A stretch of 64,000 nucleotides of DNA from Alphaproteobacteria bacterium (GTDB lineage: Bacteria > Pseudomonadota > Alphaproteobacteria > Rickettsiales > JABCZZ01): NCBI GenBank assembly GCA_013288985.1, contig JABDAT010000001.1, forward strand, positions 1,015 through 65,014. The letters are read 5' to 3'. A model generated the notes under the pieces. The model searched no databases and was not told the origin of the DNA. It was given only the letters and a program-made list of their open reading frames with translations. The position numbers and the translations under genes were made by a program. How positions within the stretch are numbered: the first letter of the stretch is position 1; every line of letters begins with the position of its first letter. Positions 39,391-48,250 of the stretch are shown here, in pieces.

Positions 39391-40143
39391 ATGAAAATTC
39401 AGGATCTTCCCTATGAAGTGCATATCATTGGCCGAGATGGCCAGCGCGTTGAAGAACATGAGGGGGGGGTCGTTGGGCTGATGCATGGAGAAACCTATGC
39501 TTTGCAAATAGTCAATCGAGATACTCGTAGATTGGGAGCAGACATATCCATCGATGGAAAAGTCATAGGTAAGTTTGTTGTGGATCCCGGTAAAGCCGCC
39601 ACGTTTGAGAAATCTCCGGAAATTGGTGGAGATGGGAAATTTACTTTTTATGGATCGAAGACTTTGGAAGCTTTGGGAGCGAGACTGGATGAGGTTGACT
39701 CCGCTGATTTAGGTCTCGTCCAAGTTACCCTGCAGCGTGAAGGGTTAAACCCTCTATCCATAATGAAAACACTAGATTTGGGAGGAGACAGATTCCCCTC
39801 TCTTGGAGGTTTCAATGATCCCCCTGTTACTATGGGAATTAGAAGACCTAATCTCTCTAGCGGCGGCACAGGTTATTCAGGAAGATCTGATCAAAGATTC
39901 AGCTCAACCAGTTTTTTCCCAGATAGCAATTTTACACCTGTGACCGTGTCACTTAGACTGGGTCTTGATCGTGAGAGAAACGTGGCGGATATTAATGAAG
40001 TAAGCCGTGGGGCATCGACCCCGGTTCCCGATACACTACCCGACGAACTTCCTGAGCTGAAAATTGATCCGGATACGACACGCAGATGGCGGAGGGGAAG
40101 TGATGATGGGCATGGCAGTGGAGGGCTAGGCGGCGGGATGTAA
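39391..40143 (+). CDS. hypothetical protein (250 aa), beta-rich N-terminal domain plus a low-complexity tail
   Basis: AAGGAGAG sits 7 nt before the ATG. No family is recognised. The C-terminus is G/S/D/R-rich (RRWRRGSDDGHGSGGLGGGM). Confidence 0.55.
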   Translation: MKIQDLPYEVHIIGRDGQRVEEHEGGVVGLMHGETYALQIVNRDTRRLGADISIDGKVIGKFVVDPGKAATFEKSPEIGGDGKFTFYGSKTLEALGARLDEVDSADLGLVQVTLQREGLNPLSIMKTLDLGGDRFPSLGGFNDPPVTMGIRRPNLSSGGTGYSGRSDQRFSSTSFFPDSNFTPVTVSLRLGLDRERNVADINEVSRGASTPVPDTLPDELPELKIDPDTTRRWRRGSDDGHGSGGLGGGM

Positions 40144-40195
40144 ATCGCATACTGCCATACTGGACAAAGCCTTCTCTTAGGCGCAAAATGTCTTC

Positions 40196-41479
40196 ATGTC
40201 CCATTCCCCTTATCCGTTTTCAGCTGGTGTGCTGCGCTGGCTGTATGTTGACTTCAACAGCTACTTTGCGAGTGTTGAGCAGGAGCTGAATCCTGCACTG
40301 CGCGGCAAGCCGATTGCCGTGGTGCCGGTGGAGACGGATGCCACCTGCGCTATTGCCGCGAGTTATGAAGCGAAAGCGTATGGCATTAAGACCGGAACGC
40401 CCATATGGGAGGCTAAGAAGATATGTCCTGGCATCATCTGTGTACTAGCCAAGCACGAGAAGTACGTCGATTACCATCATCGCATCATCAAGGAAGTGGA
40501 GAACCACATCCCTATTACTGCCGTATGCTCCATTGATGAGGTGGCTTGCTGGCTGATGGATAATGAGAACTCCGTGGAGCGTGCTACCGAGATTGCTTTG
40601 TCTATTAAGCGTGGATTAGCCAAGAACGTAGGTGAATATATACGCTGCTCCATCGGTATTGCCCCTAACCGCTATCTGGCAAAGGTAGCTACAGATTTAA
40701 AGAAGCCTGATGGACTCACCATAATTAGGCCAGAGGACCTGCCTCATAAGCTTTACGGCCTCAAGCTGCGTGATTTACCTGGTATCGGTAGTAACCTGGA
40801 AAAGCGTATTAGGATGGCAGGTATTGGTGATGTACAGACATTGATGACCCTACCACCAGATCGTATGCGTAAGATTTGGGGCAGTGTATGGGGTGAGAAG
40901 ATGTGGTACCTGCTTCGTGGTGCAGAACTGCCAGAGGAAGAAACTACGCGTAGCTCCATTGGCCATAGCCATGTGATGGCACCGGAACTGCGCGAACCCG
41001 TGAAGGCAAAGTATGTTGCTCGCCGCCTGACGCTCAAAGTAGCCAGCCGTCTACGGCGCTTGGGATATTATGCCTCACACTTCTCCATCGCTGCACGTAT
41101 TGAAAATGGCCCACGACTAGAAGCCCATTTGCAATGCTGGCGCGCGCAGGATACGCCGACTTTTCTACATATGCTGGATGCAGGCTGGAATCGGATCGTC
41201 AAAGAAGCAAAAGGAGCCCGCTTTAAGAAAGTATCCGTTACGCTCAATGGACTCACTGCTGCTACTGAATTGCAGCCGGAATTATTCAGCGTCATGCCGG
41301 ATATTGATTTAAAACAACGTGCGAAGGCTGAGAAGATGTCTGCCGCACTCGATAAAATCAATCACCGCTTTGGTCGCGACTCCGTGCTGGTAGGCATGCT
41401 ACCCTCTCAGGGGAAGAGCTTCTCGGGCACTAAGATTGCCTTCACCCGCATTCCTGATGTGGAAGAGTTTCTGGAGTAG
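40196..41479 (+). CDS. Y-family DNA polymerase (DinB/UmuC superfamily, island-borne type)
   Basis: LYVDFNSYFASVEQELNPALRGKPIAVVP, the catalytic SIDEVAC, SIGIAPNRYLAKVATDLKKPDG and the HhH motif LPGIGSNLEKRI. Confidence 0.85.
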   Translation: MSHSPYPFSAGVLRWLYVDFNSYFASVEQELNPALRGKPIAVVPVETDATCAIAASYEAKAYGIKTGTPIWEAKKICPGIICVLAKHEKYVDYHHRIIKEVENHIPITAVCSIDEVACWLMDNENSVERATEIALSIKRGLAKNVGEYIRCSIGIAPNRYLAKVATDLKKPDGLTIIRPEDLPHKLYGLKLRDLPGIGSNLEKRIRMAGIGDVQTLMTLPPDRMRKIWGSVWGEKMWYLLRGAELPEEETTRSSIGHSHVMAPELREPVKAKYVARRLTLKVASRLRRLGYYASHFSIAARIENGPRLEAHLQCWRAQDTPTFLHMLDAGWNRIVKEAKGARFKKVSVTLNGLTAATELQPELFSVMPDIDLKQRAKAEKMSAALDKINHRFGRDSVLVGMLPSQGKSFSGTKIAFTRIPDVEEFLE

Positions 41480-41641
41480 TGACGGGTCTATCTTTTCTCA
41501 CTCACTGTGATTGATTCCATAAGTTATTGATTTAATGTTAATATTTATGGCAGCCAACTGTTCCTATGAAATCCCAATCATTTATTAACCTTTTGATAGT
41601 AGCTTAGAAGGTGGGAAGAACCGAGCAAATAGAGAACGATT

Positions 41642-42043
41642 ATGCTGATTTTGGAACACATTGTAGCTGAGATAAACAGGATACTGAATGTGTCCGAAGC
41701 TATACTTTATTCTGAAAAAAATGATCTGCCCCACCACAAAGAGTTTGCCTTGCTATTGCGCGATGCAGGCGAAAGCTGGTCAACAGATTTATATAATCGC
41801 ATTTTTGAAGAATATCCTTTGATAAAGAAGAATAGCATCAACGATAAGATGTCTATTTTATTTGCAGAGTTACAATCCTCATCAATAAGAGACAGAGAAT
41901 TAAAGGTTATTGCAAATGATGCAGGAACATTGTGGAGAAACTACTTCCTAGAATTTGACACTCTTGAGGAAGTTCAGCAGCAAGATAAAAAATCTCTGCT
42001 TCGTAAAATCTCCAGTTTACTTGATGCGGTTGAAACCGATTAA
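41642..42043 (+). CDS. small helical hypothetical protein preceding the second aminotransferase gene
   Basis: 133 aa. It ends 4 nt before the next ATG, and no family is recognised. Confidence 0.55.
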   Translation: MLILEHIVAEINRILNVSEAILYSEKNDLPHHKEFALLLRDAGESWSTDLYNRIFEEYPLIKKNSINDKMSILFAELQSSSIRDRELKVIANDAGTLWRNYFLEFDTLEEVQQQDKKSLLRKISSLLDAVETD

Positions 42044-42047
42044 CAAT

Positions 42048-43589
42048 ATGTATAACAATAAACCGCCTCCCGATCCTGCTGTAGATATTTCCGCTTATAC
42101 AGAATACTACCGTAAATCTTATTGGAATGTTTCCGGAAGAAGTAAAGATTATGTAGGACTGGGTACGGGCAACCCTAATTGGCAACCTTATTTACCCGCA
42201 ATTGCACGTGCAGAAGAGAATTTAAGAAGACCACATATACTTAATAGCTACGGTTCTACCGGGGGTACATTTCATTCAACGTATTATCTGCCTCTTTTAA
42301 AAAGAATGGGTATAGAACTACCGGTTAGTGAAGATAAGGCTTCCCAATGTATGACTCCTGGCAACGGAGTAACCCAACTTTATACTGCAGCAGTAAATTC
42401 CTTATTGGGAGAAGATGATATACTGCTTATGCCCGTTCCAACATATGGGTATTTCTTAAAAACAGAAAATCTAAGCCATACCCATGTAAAGCCGCTTGCA
42501 TTGCCGTATGAAAATGGGTTCAGGCTAACCCCAGAAATTCTGGACGAATGTATTGAGAAAACTAATAAAGAAATGTCCCCTAAAAGGGTAACGGCTTTTC
42601 TTAATATTAATCCTCATAATCCCACAGGTATAATCTATGAGGCAGATGAAATAAGAGCATTTGCCAAAGTATTACAAAAACATGGAATCAAACTTGTCAT
42701 TGACGATATGGTGTATGCTGGTCTTGAATTCCGTAGAGCCACTTACGACCCCGCCTCAGGTAATGAAAAAGAAAAAAAAGAGCTTGCCCAAAGTTTGCCT
42801 GTTCCATTTGCAGCTATTGATGGAATGTTCGATAAGACAATTACCTTATTTGGTCTATCAAAAGCTTATAATCTGCCAGGACTGCGTGCAGGTTTAGCCG
42901 TAGGACCCAAAAACCTTATCGCTCCCGTTCGGAAATACATTGGAGATAATGTAGAATTTATAAGCCCTATTGCGCAGGCGGCAATGACAGAAGTCTTTGG
43001 AGAAGATGAGGATAACACTCGTACTTTATATCTGCATCAACAAGCATTACACTTTTTTAAGAGATGTTATGGGTTGCGGGCAATGCTAAATGGAATAGAC
43101 GATCCTTTGGTGCGATGTCTGCCCGGCATTACACCGCTGGAAGTGGCAAATATGTTATGTGAGGATCAGATGTTTGTACAGGAGGCGTTGAAAGAAACAG
43201 ATAAAAATTCTTTTGATCTCCTCCATACCAGGAACATGATATACAAACAGGTTAGAAATGGCGGCATAAAAGGTGTGGATTTAGCTTGTGATCCTTGGGC
43301 AGGCTTTTTTGTAATACTTGATTTGACGTCACTAAAAGGAAAGTATTATGGTAGCCAGAAAATTGAGAGTGGAATCGATTTAGTAAAGGCTTTAATTAGT
43401 TGTAGTAATGTGGATTCGCTTCCTGGAGAGTCCATGGGGTATTACGGAGATAGAATTTTATTAAGGATTTCAACATCAGCGGATGTTGACAAAATGGTAA
43501 AAGGCATGATGGGTATAAATGATCTCGTTGAAAGAGTACAGGATCACCCGTTCGACTTGCCGAAAACACGAGGACGAACTATGGGCTAA
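42048..43589 (+). CDS. PLP-dependent class I/II aminotransferase-family enzyme (substrate unknown)
   Basis: LLMPVPTYGYF, FLNINPHNPTG, LVIDDMVYAGLEF and LFGLSKAYNLPGLRAGLAVGP (PLP lysine). The ATG at 42048 (MYNNKPPPD) is preferred over the track start at 41955. Confidence 0.8.
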   Translation: MYNNKPPPDPAVDISAYTEYYRKSYWNVSGRSKDYVGLGTGNPNWQPYLPAIARAEENLRRPHILNSYGSTGGTFHSTYYLPLLKRMGIELPVSEDKASQCMTPGNGVTQLYTAAVNSLLGEDDILLMPVPTYGYFLKTENLSHTHVKPLALPYENGFRLTPEILDECIEKTNKEMSPKRVTAFLNINPHNPTGIIYEADEIRAFAKVLQKHGIKLVIDDMVYAGLEFRRATYDPASGNEKEKKELAQSLPVPFAAIDGMFDKTITLFGLSKAYNLPGLRAGLAVGPKNLIAPVRKYIGDNVEFISPIAQAAMTEVFGEDEDNTRTLYLHQQALHFFKRCYGLRAMLNGIDDPLVRCLPGITPLEVANMLCEDQMFVQEALKETDKNSFDLLHTRNMIYKQVRNGGIKGVDLACDPWAGFFVILDLTSLKGKYYGSQKIESGIDLVKALISCSNVDSLPGESMGYYGDRILLRISTSADVDKMVKGMMGINDLVERVQDHPFDLPKTRGRTMG

Positions 43590-43672
43590 GGAGTACTTAC
43601 TACTGCGAATGAGTTCTCATTGCCTTGCCCGATATTTAAAAGCAAATCAATGTGGCGACTCTTACCTCCAGA

Positions 43673-44557
43673 TTAAGCGGCCTGCTTGAATGCGTTACGT
43701 CCTGCCTCATCTAATGCCTTGAAGTCAGCATCTGAAAGTTTGAGCGCTGCAGCGGCAACGTTTTCTTCCAGATGTTTCACTTTGCCTGTGCCAGGAATGG
43801 GCAGCATGACGGGGCTGCGTTTGAGTGCCCATGCAAGAGCGACTTGGCTGGGTGTGGCATTTAACGTATGAGCAACACTATCGAGCACGGAGCCGGGCTT
43901 TGCAAGGTCACCTGCTGCGAGCGGGAACCAGGGGATAAAACCAATATTGTTTTGGGTGCAATAATCGAGCACGTCTTCGCTGGTGCGATCCACCAGATTG
44001 TAACGGTTCTGCACGGTGGCAACGGGGAAGAATTTCTGGGCTGCTTCGATCTCTTTTACACTCACTTCGCTTAACCCTACGTGACGGATGAGCCCTTCCT
44101 TCTGCATATCGCGGATAACACCAAATTGTTCTTCGCGTGGTGTTTTGGGGTCTATGCGGTGTAGTTGCCAAAGGTCAATACGTTCCACTTTCAAACGGCG
44201 CAGGCTCAACTGCACTGCTTGGCGCAAATATTCAGGACGGCCTAATGGCACCCAGTTATCAGGACCTGGGCGTACCAATCCGCCTTTGGTGGCAATCAGT
44301 AAGCCTTTATAGGGATGCAGCGCTTCACATATCAGATTCTCACTCGTCTCAGGGCCATAGCTATCTGCCGTATCGATGAAATTAACACCCAATTCGGGTA
44401 AACGCTTGAGGGTACGCAGTGCTTCTGCTTTATCCTTGGGTTCACCCCATACACCCTGGCCAGTAACGCGCATGGCACCGAAGCCCAAACGGGTTACTTC
44501 AATATTGCTACCTATTTTGAATATTCCTGAGTCAGATGCATTATGAGTCAGATGCAT
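43673..44557 (-). CDS. aldo/keto reductase
   Basis: 294 aa with [15 protein letters not shown] and LQLHRIDP-type motifs ([10 protein letters not shown]) and a C-terminal IPIPGT. Confidence 0.9.
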   Translation of the reverse strand: MHLTHNASDSGIFKIGSNIEVTRLGFGAMRVTGQGVWGEPKDKAEALRTLKRLPELGVNFIDTADSYGPETSENLICEALHPYKGLLIATKGGLVRPGPDNWVPLGRPEYLRQAVQLSLRRLKVERIDLWQLHRIDPKTPREEQFGVIRDMQKEGLIRHVGLSEVSVKEIEAAQKFFPVATVQNRYNLVDRTSEDVLDYCTQNNIGFIPWFPLAAGDLAKPGSVLDSVAHTLNATPSQVALAWALKRSPVMLPIPGTGKVKHLEENVAAAALKLSDADFKALDEAGRNAFKQAA

Positions 44558-44638
44558 TAGCAGTCATAGGACCTCCTGTAAGATGCGTTTAAGAATAAAA
44601 CATCATCACAGATTCTCATAAAACTGCTATAAGGATTT

Positions 44639-45412
44639 ATGACATCGCTTTTTATATCCCATGGCTCGCCGATGCTGGCGTTGGAAGATGAACCAACGGC
44701 TCGATTTTTGCGCCAGCTCTCCTCACAATTCCCAAAACCGAAAGCAATTATTGTTGCCAGTGCTCATTGGGAAACTGATGTGCCGATGATCACGGGCAGT
44801 ACGCAGCCGGAAACGATTCATGATTTCTCTGGCTTCCCCAAGCAGCTTTATGAACTCCGTTATCCAGCGCCTGGTGACCCTGCACTTACCGCGCGTGTAG
44901 CGCAGCTGCTTAGCGAGGCAGGTTACCCGGCAAAGATTGATCCCACGCGCGGCTTTGACCACGGCGTATGGAATCCACTTCTCCTTATGTACCCACAGGC
45001 AGATATACCCGTTATTGAGCTTTCCGTTCAGCCCAAGCGCGATGCGCGTTGGCATTATCAGATTGGCAAGGCGCTTGCTCCCCTAAGCGACGAAGACATT
45101 TTGATTATCGGCACTGGTAACCTCACCCATAACCTGCGAGAGGCTTTCAAGGGACATCATACCGAAACTCCGGCATGGGTCACTGCATTTGCAGAATGGG
45201 TGGCAGAGCAGATAAAACAAAATAATATTGAGAACCTACTCAACTGGCAAACACTTGCGCCTTATGCACACGAGAACCATCCCACACCAGAGCATTTTCT
45301 GCCATTCTTTACAGCATTGGGCGCAGGTGGCGGTGCGGTGGCACAACATCTTCACCAGGATACAGTACTTGGCGTCTTAGCTATGGATAGCTATGCGTTT
45401 GATATGAGTTAG
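44639..45412 (+). CDS. class III extradiol dioxygenase (4,5-DOPA dioxygenase / YgiD-like, LigB family)
   Basis: MTSLFISHGSPMLALED, SAHWET and GTGNLTHNL, with ~257 aa typical of YgiD. Confidence 0.85.
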   Translation: MTSLFISHGSPMLALEDEPTARFLRQLSSQFPKPKAIIVASAHWETDVPMITGSTQPETIHDFSGFPKQLYELRYPAPGDPALTARVAQLLSEAGYPAKIDPTRGFDHGVWNPLLLMYPQADIPVIELSVQPKRDARWHYQIGKALAPLSDEDILIIGTGNLTHNLREAFKGHHTETPAWVTAFAEWVAEQIKQNNIENLLNWQTLAPYAHENHPTPEHFLPFFTALGAGGGAVAQHLHQDTVLGVLAMDSYAFDMS

Positions 45413-45755
45413 TTAGATCGAACTCTCTACCAGGGTTCATTACCTGGCCCCTAACTAGCTTTAGTGCTCATTTAGAGCTTCTAGCTAGTACAATATATCC
45501 CCAGAAATACCCCTCACTGAAAATCCCTGAGCGCTGGTTTGATTTCGGCTACGATACCAGTTTTTCCAGGAACTAGTTGCCGCCCTCTCCAAAATTTCTC
45601 TGTAGGACACTAAGGGGCAGTAAATGGCGGAAAATAGTAAGTTGTCACAATAAAAACTTGGACTACAATTCATGCGTGTCCAATGAAATAAAATCTCACC
45701 CACTAGCAATATATTTGGTAAAAGAATCTTTTATCATAGCAGAAGATATGCGCAC

Positions 45756-47777
45756 ATGAAAATTGAATATATCAAAATATCAAATATCCTCAGCTTTAAA
45801 TATTACCCGGATATCAAGGATGCGCCCTCAATACCGTTTGATGAAGGTTTAAACATTCTAATCGGACAGAATGGATCTGGAAAATCAACTGCTCTAGAGG
45901 TTATTAATTTCATTTTTAAACGAGTAATTTTTGTCCACTACAATATAAATCAAGATGAATATGGCCGCCAGAATCAGCTTGAAGTGAATCAAAAGAAACA
46001 AATCTTACGTCGTCATGACACTAACAACCACTATCATGGCTTCCGTTTAGAACCAAATTGGGGCAACGAAAACGATAGACAAAACATCCAAATTAGAATT
46101 CGTTTGGATGATATCGATAAGCGAAATATTGATATTTTAGAAAACAATAAACAATACCTAGAGAAAGTTGCTGGGATATACTCAACGATTGCTGCAATAG
46201 ATTTTTCATATCCACATGATAGTTTTCTGATTGATATAACATTAGACAAAAATACACAGAGTTTTACTTACACAGCAGATCACAACGATGGTGGGTTTCA
46301 ATACTTAGTTCAGTATAATTATTACAAAGATCTAATTGAAATCTGCAATCGCGAACTTTCTACCAAAATTGATGCTCTTCAGGAATCTTTTACCTTAATT
46401 GGTGGATACAGAAATTATAATGCGTTTACAGCATCTGTGTCTTTGACAGAAGAGCCACTAAAACAGATTCAAAAACTAAGGAATAATGAATTTAATAAAA
46501 GCACTAATGCGTCTGACCAACAAGAGCCTCCAATCTTTAATCTGGTGCGACTCCGAATAGCCGCCCTCCATATGGATGGAGTGTTTACAAATTTAAATGA
46601 ACAGGAGGCTGCACAAAGGGCTAATGAGGAGCCATTCTTGTTATCCATTAATAAAAAATTAGAACTAGTTTATCTTAAGGTAAGAATTGCACTTGAGAAT
46701 AAGCATTCTTGGGCCTACTCATTTAAGTTTTTGGATCTAAATACCAACAAGGTTCTTTCCAACATCAATAGCTTAAGTGCCGGGCAAAAATCAATAGTCC
46801 ATCTTATTTTTGAGTCCTATGGACGTGATACTTTGAAAGGGGGGGTTGTAATCATTGATGAACCAGAAATACATTTGCATTACCAATTTCAGTTCGAATA
46901 TCTCAGAGTCATCGAGCAGCTTAATATCGAGCAGAATTGTCAATATATTCTGGTGACACATTCAGAAGCATTGATTAGCTCGGAAACCATTGACAAGGTT
47001 AAGAGGTTTGCACTGGATTCTGGCAGAAATACTATAATTAAATCACCCAAAATTACTGCAGATCAGAAAACCTTAATAAAAATTCTTGATAATACCAGAG
47101 CAACATATGCATTTTTTGCAAAAAAAGTTGTGTTGGTTGAGGGAGACAGTGATCGATATTTTTTTAGAGCGATTTTTCAAGAATTAAAGCCTGAATTAAA
47201 CCAAGAAATTGCGATTTTAGATATTGGTGGGAAAATGAGCTATGATAAGTGGCAGCAATTCTTTGTAGAATTTGGGTTAGAAGTTTTTTATATCGGTGAT
47301 TCTGACAACATATTTTCATTAAAACACGGTGGATCTACTATCGTTTCAGCATCAGAAAAGTTAGCCGCTGAAGACAATTTAAGGCAAAGGAACCTCGATG
47401 CATTATCTCCTGCAGAGAAATTAACTCTAGTAGGTTATTATCAGAATTTAATCGCAGATAAAAATTTTTTACAAAACCCAAAGGCTCTCCTTTGGAAGCC
47501 TTTTGTCGAATACATTAAGAGATACTTAAAACTGGATAATAGAGAAATGGTTCCAGAAATTCGTAAGACTAGACTTGATCTCGATATAAAAATTGAAGCT
47601 CTATATGCTTCACGTATTTTCATTTTAAAAAATGGAACATTAGAAAAATATATTGGTACTTCTAGTAAAACCTTGGATGCAGTCATAGAATTTTGTGAGA
47701 ATCTGAAGGTTTGGCTAAGCACTTCAAATACTTTTTCAGATGAAATAAAGGAGATAGTAAATAGAATCAGTACTTGA
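45756..47777 (+). CDS. OLD-family nuclease: N-terminal ABC-type ATPase fused to a C-terminal Toprim/DUF4435-like domain
   Basis: Walker A GQNGSGKST, signature LSAGQKS, Walker B VVIIDEPEIHLH and H-loop VTHSE. The Toprim part shows VVLVEGDSDRYFF and FYIGDSDN. The gene is very AT-rich and no helicase partner is adjacent. Confidence 0.8.
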   Translation: MKIEYIKISNILSFKYYPDIKDAPSIPFDEGLNILIGQNGSGKSTALEVINFIFKRVIFVHYNINQDEYGRQNQLEVNQKKQILRRHDTNNHYHGFRLEPNWGNENDRQNIQIRIRLDDIDKRNIDILENNKQYLEKVAGIYSTIAAIDFSYPHDSFLIDITLDKNTQSFTYTADHNDGGFQYLVQYNYYKDLIEICNRELSTKIDALQESFTLIGGYRNYNAFTASVSLTEEPLKQIQKLRNNEFNKSTNASDQQEPPIFNLVRLRIAALHMDGVFTNLNEQEAAQRANEEPFLLSINKKLELVYLKVRIALENKHSWAYSFKFLDLNTNKVLSNINSLSAGQKSIVHLIFESYGRDTLKGGVVIIDEPEIHLHYQFQFEYLRVIEQLNIEQNCQYILVTHSEALISSETIDKVKRFALDSGRNTIIKSPKITADQKTLIKILDNTRATYAFFAKKVVLVEGDSDRYFFRAIFQELKPELNQEIAILDIGGKMSYDKWQQFFVEFGLEVFYIGDSDNIFSLKHGGSTIVSASEKLAAEDNLRQRNLDALSPAEKLTLVGYYQNLIADKNFLQNPKALLWKPFVEYIKRYLKLDNREMVPEIRKTRLDLDIKIEALYASRIFILKNGTLEKYIGTSSKTLDAVIEFCENLKVWLSTSNTFSDEIKEIVNRIST

Positions 47778-48014
47778 ACTTTTCGTTATTCCTATTGAGG
47801 TGCATTTATCACAATGGCTCATTACATCACGGAATAATGGGGGTACCTAATACTGATATTCTTATAGAGCGTTGGAAGATCAATTTATAATTGTGAAAGT
47901 ATTTCTAAGAGTATACGGAGAATTTCTCATACCATCTCAGAAAAAAGAGGGTTGATGCGGGGGTATATTTCTTCTGAGTGTTGGTATATAATAATACTAA
48001 TCAGTTAGTTACTA

Positions 48015-48036
48015 ACTATTTGTGGATGCTGGCACC
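48015..48036 (+). repeat. left copy of a 22-nt direct repeat (21/22 identical) bracketing the TCS-RND module
   Basis: ACTATTTGTGGATGCTGGCACC at 48015 versus ACTTTTTGTGGATGCTGGCACC at 56364. Both are preceded within 50-75 nt by GGGGTA(T/G)AT-type repeats and followed by TTACAG. Confidence 0.7.
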
Positions 48037-48149
48037 CATGATAATTTATTTATATTACAGTGAGTTAGTGTAGCATTTGCCTGTCTTTTGTCAATCGAGA
48101 TCGAACGCAGAATTTCTTGAGTGTTGGAAAATAATCATGCAATTCAATA

Positions 48150-48181
48150 CTCATAATTATTTAAATCATTTGAATTATGAG
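48150..48181 (+). promoter_or_regulatory. inverted repeat upstream of the response-regulator gene (candidate operator)
   Basis: CTCATAATT-N14-AATTATGAG, perfect 9-bp arms, about 70 nt before the ATG at 48251. Confidence 0.35.
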
Positions 48182-48250
48182 TGAATTTTAATCTTACGCT
48201 AATGGAATTCTTATCTTAGCCAAGTAGGATACCGCATAATTGAGGAGAGT

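Larger units (their letters stand above)
32193..43650 (+). mobile_element. tRNA-Cys-associated integrative genomic island (minimal extent; right end not defined and could reach ~48.0 kb or 56.66 kb)
   Basis: A P4-type integrase lies 160 nt after the tRNA-Cys 3' end, followed by AlpA, an XRE regulator, a plasmid-type Nuc and a Y-family polymerase. Composition is AT-rich. I could not find a direct repeat of the tRNA-Cys 3' end. Confidence 0.5.

Noticed and set aside
43640-43665. CTTACCTCCA as a possible attR copy of the tRNA-Cys 3' end (CGGCCTCCA)
   Set aside because: Only 6 nt (CCTCCA) match, and there is no extended identity with the tRNA T-arm or acceptor. This is insufficient to call an att site.
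45413-45440. TTAGATCGAACTCTCTACC as a reversed tRNA T-arm remnant marking an island end
   Set aside because: Only about 10 nt resemble a T-arm (GAGTTCGATCT in reverse complement), with no acceptor-stem continuation. It is too short to separate from chance.
45485-45709. 74-aa minus-strand ORF in the spacer before the OLD-family gene
   Set aside because: There is no RBS and the composition is odd. It overlaps a short opposite-strand ORF and is probably non-coding AT-rich promoter DNA.
48020-48028. TGTGGATGC in the repeat core read as a DnaA box (TGTGGATAA)
   Set aside because: It matches only 7 of 9 positions. There is no cluster of boxes, no adjacent AT-rich unwinding element or dnaA/dnaN context, and it occurs only as part of the repeat.
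48029-48046. TGGCAC in the 22-nt repeat core read as a sigma-54 -24 element (also at 56378)
   Set aside because: The required -12 TTGC at the correct 5-nt spacing is missing in both copies (..TGGCACCCATGATAA.. and ..TGGCACCGATTGTGT..).
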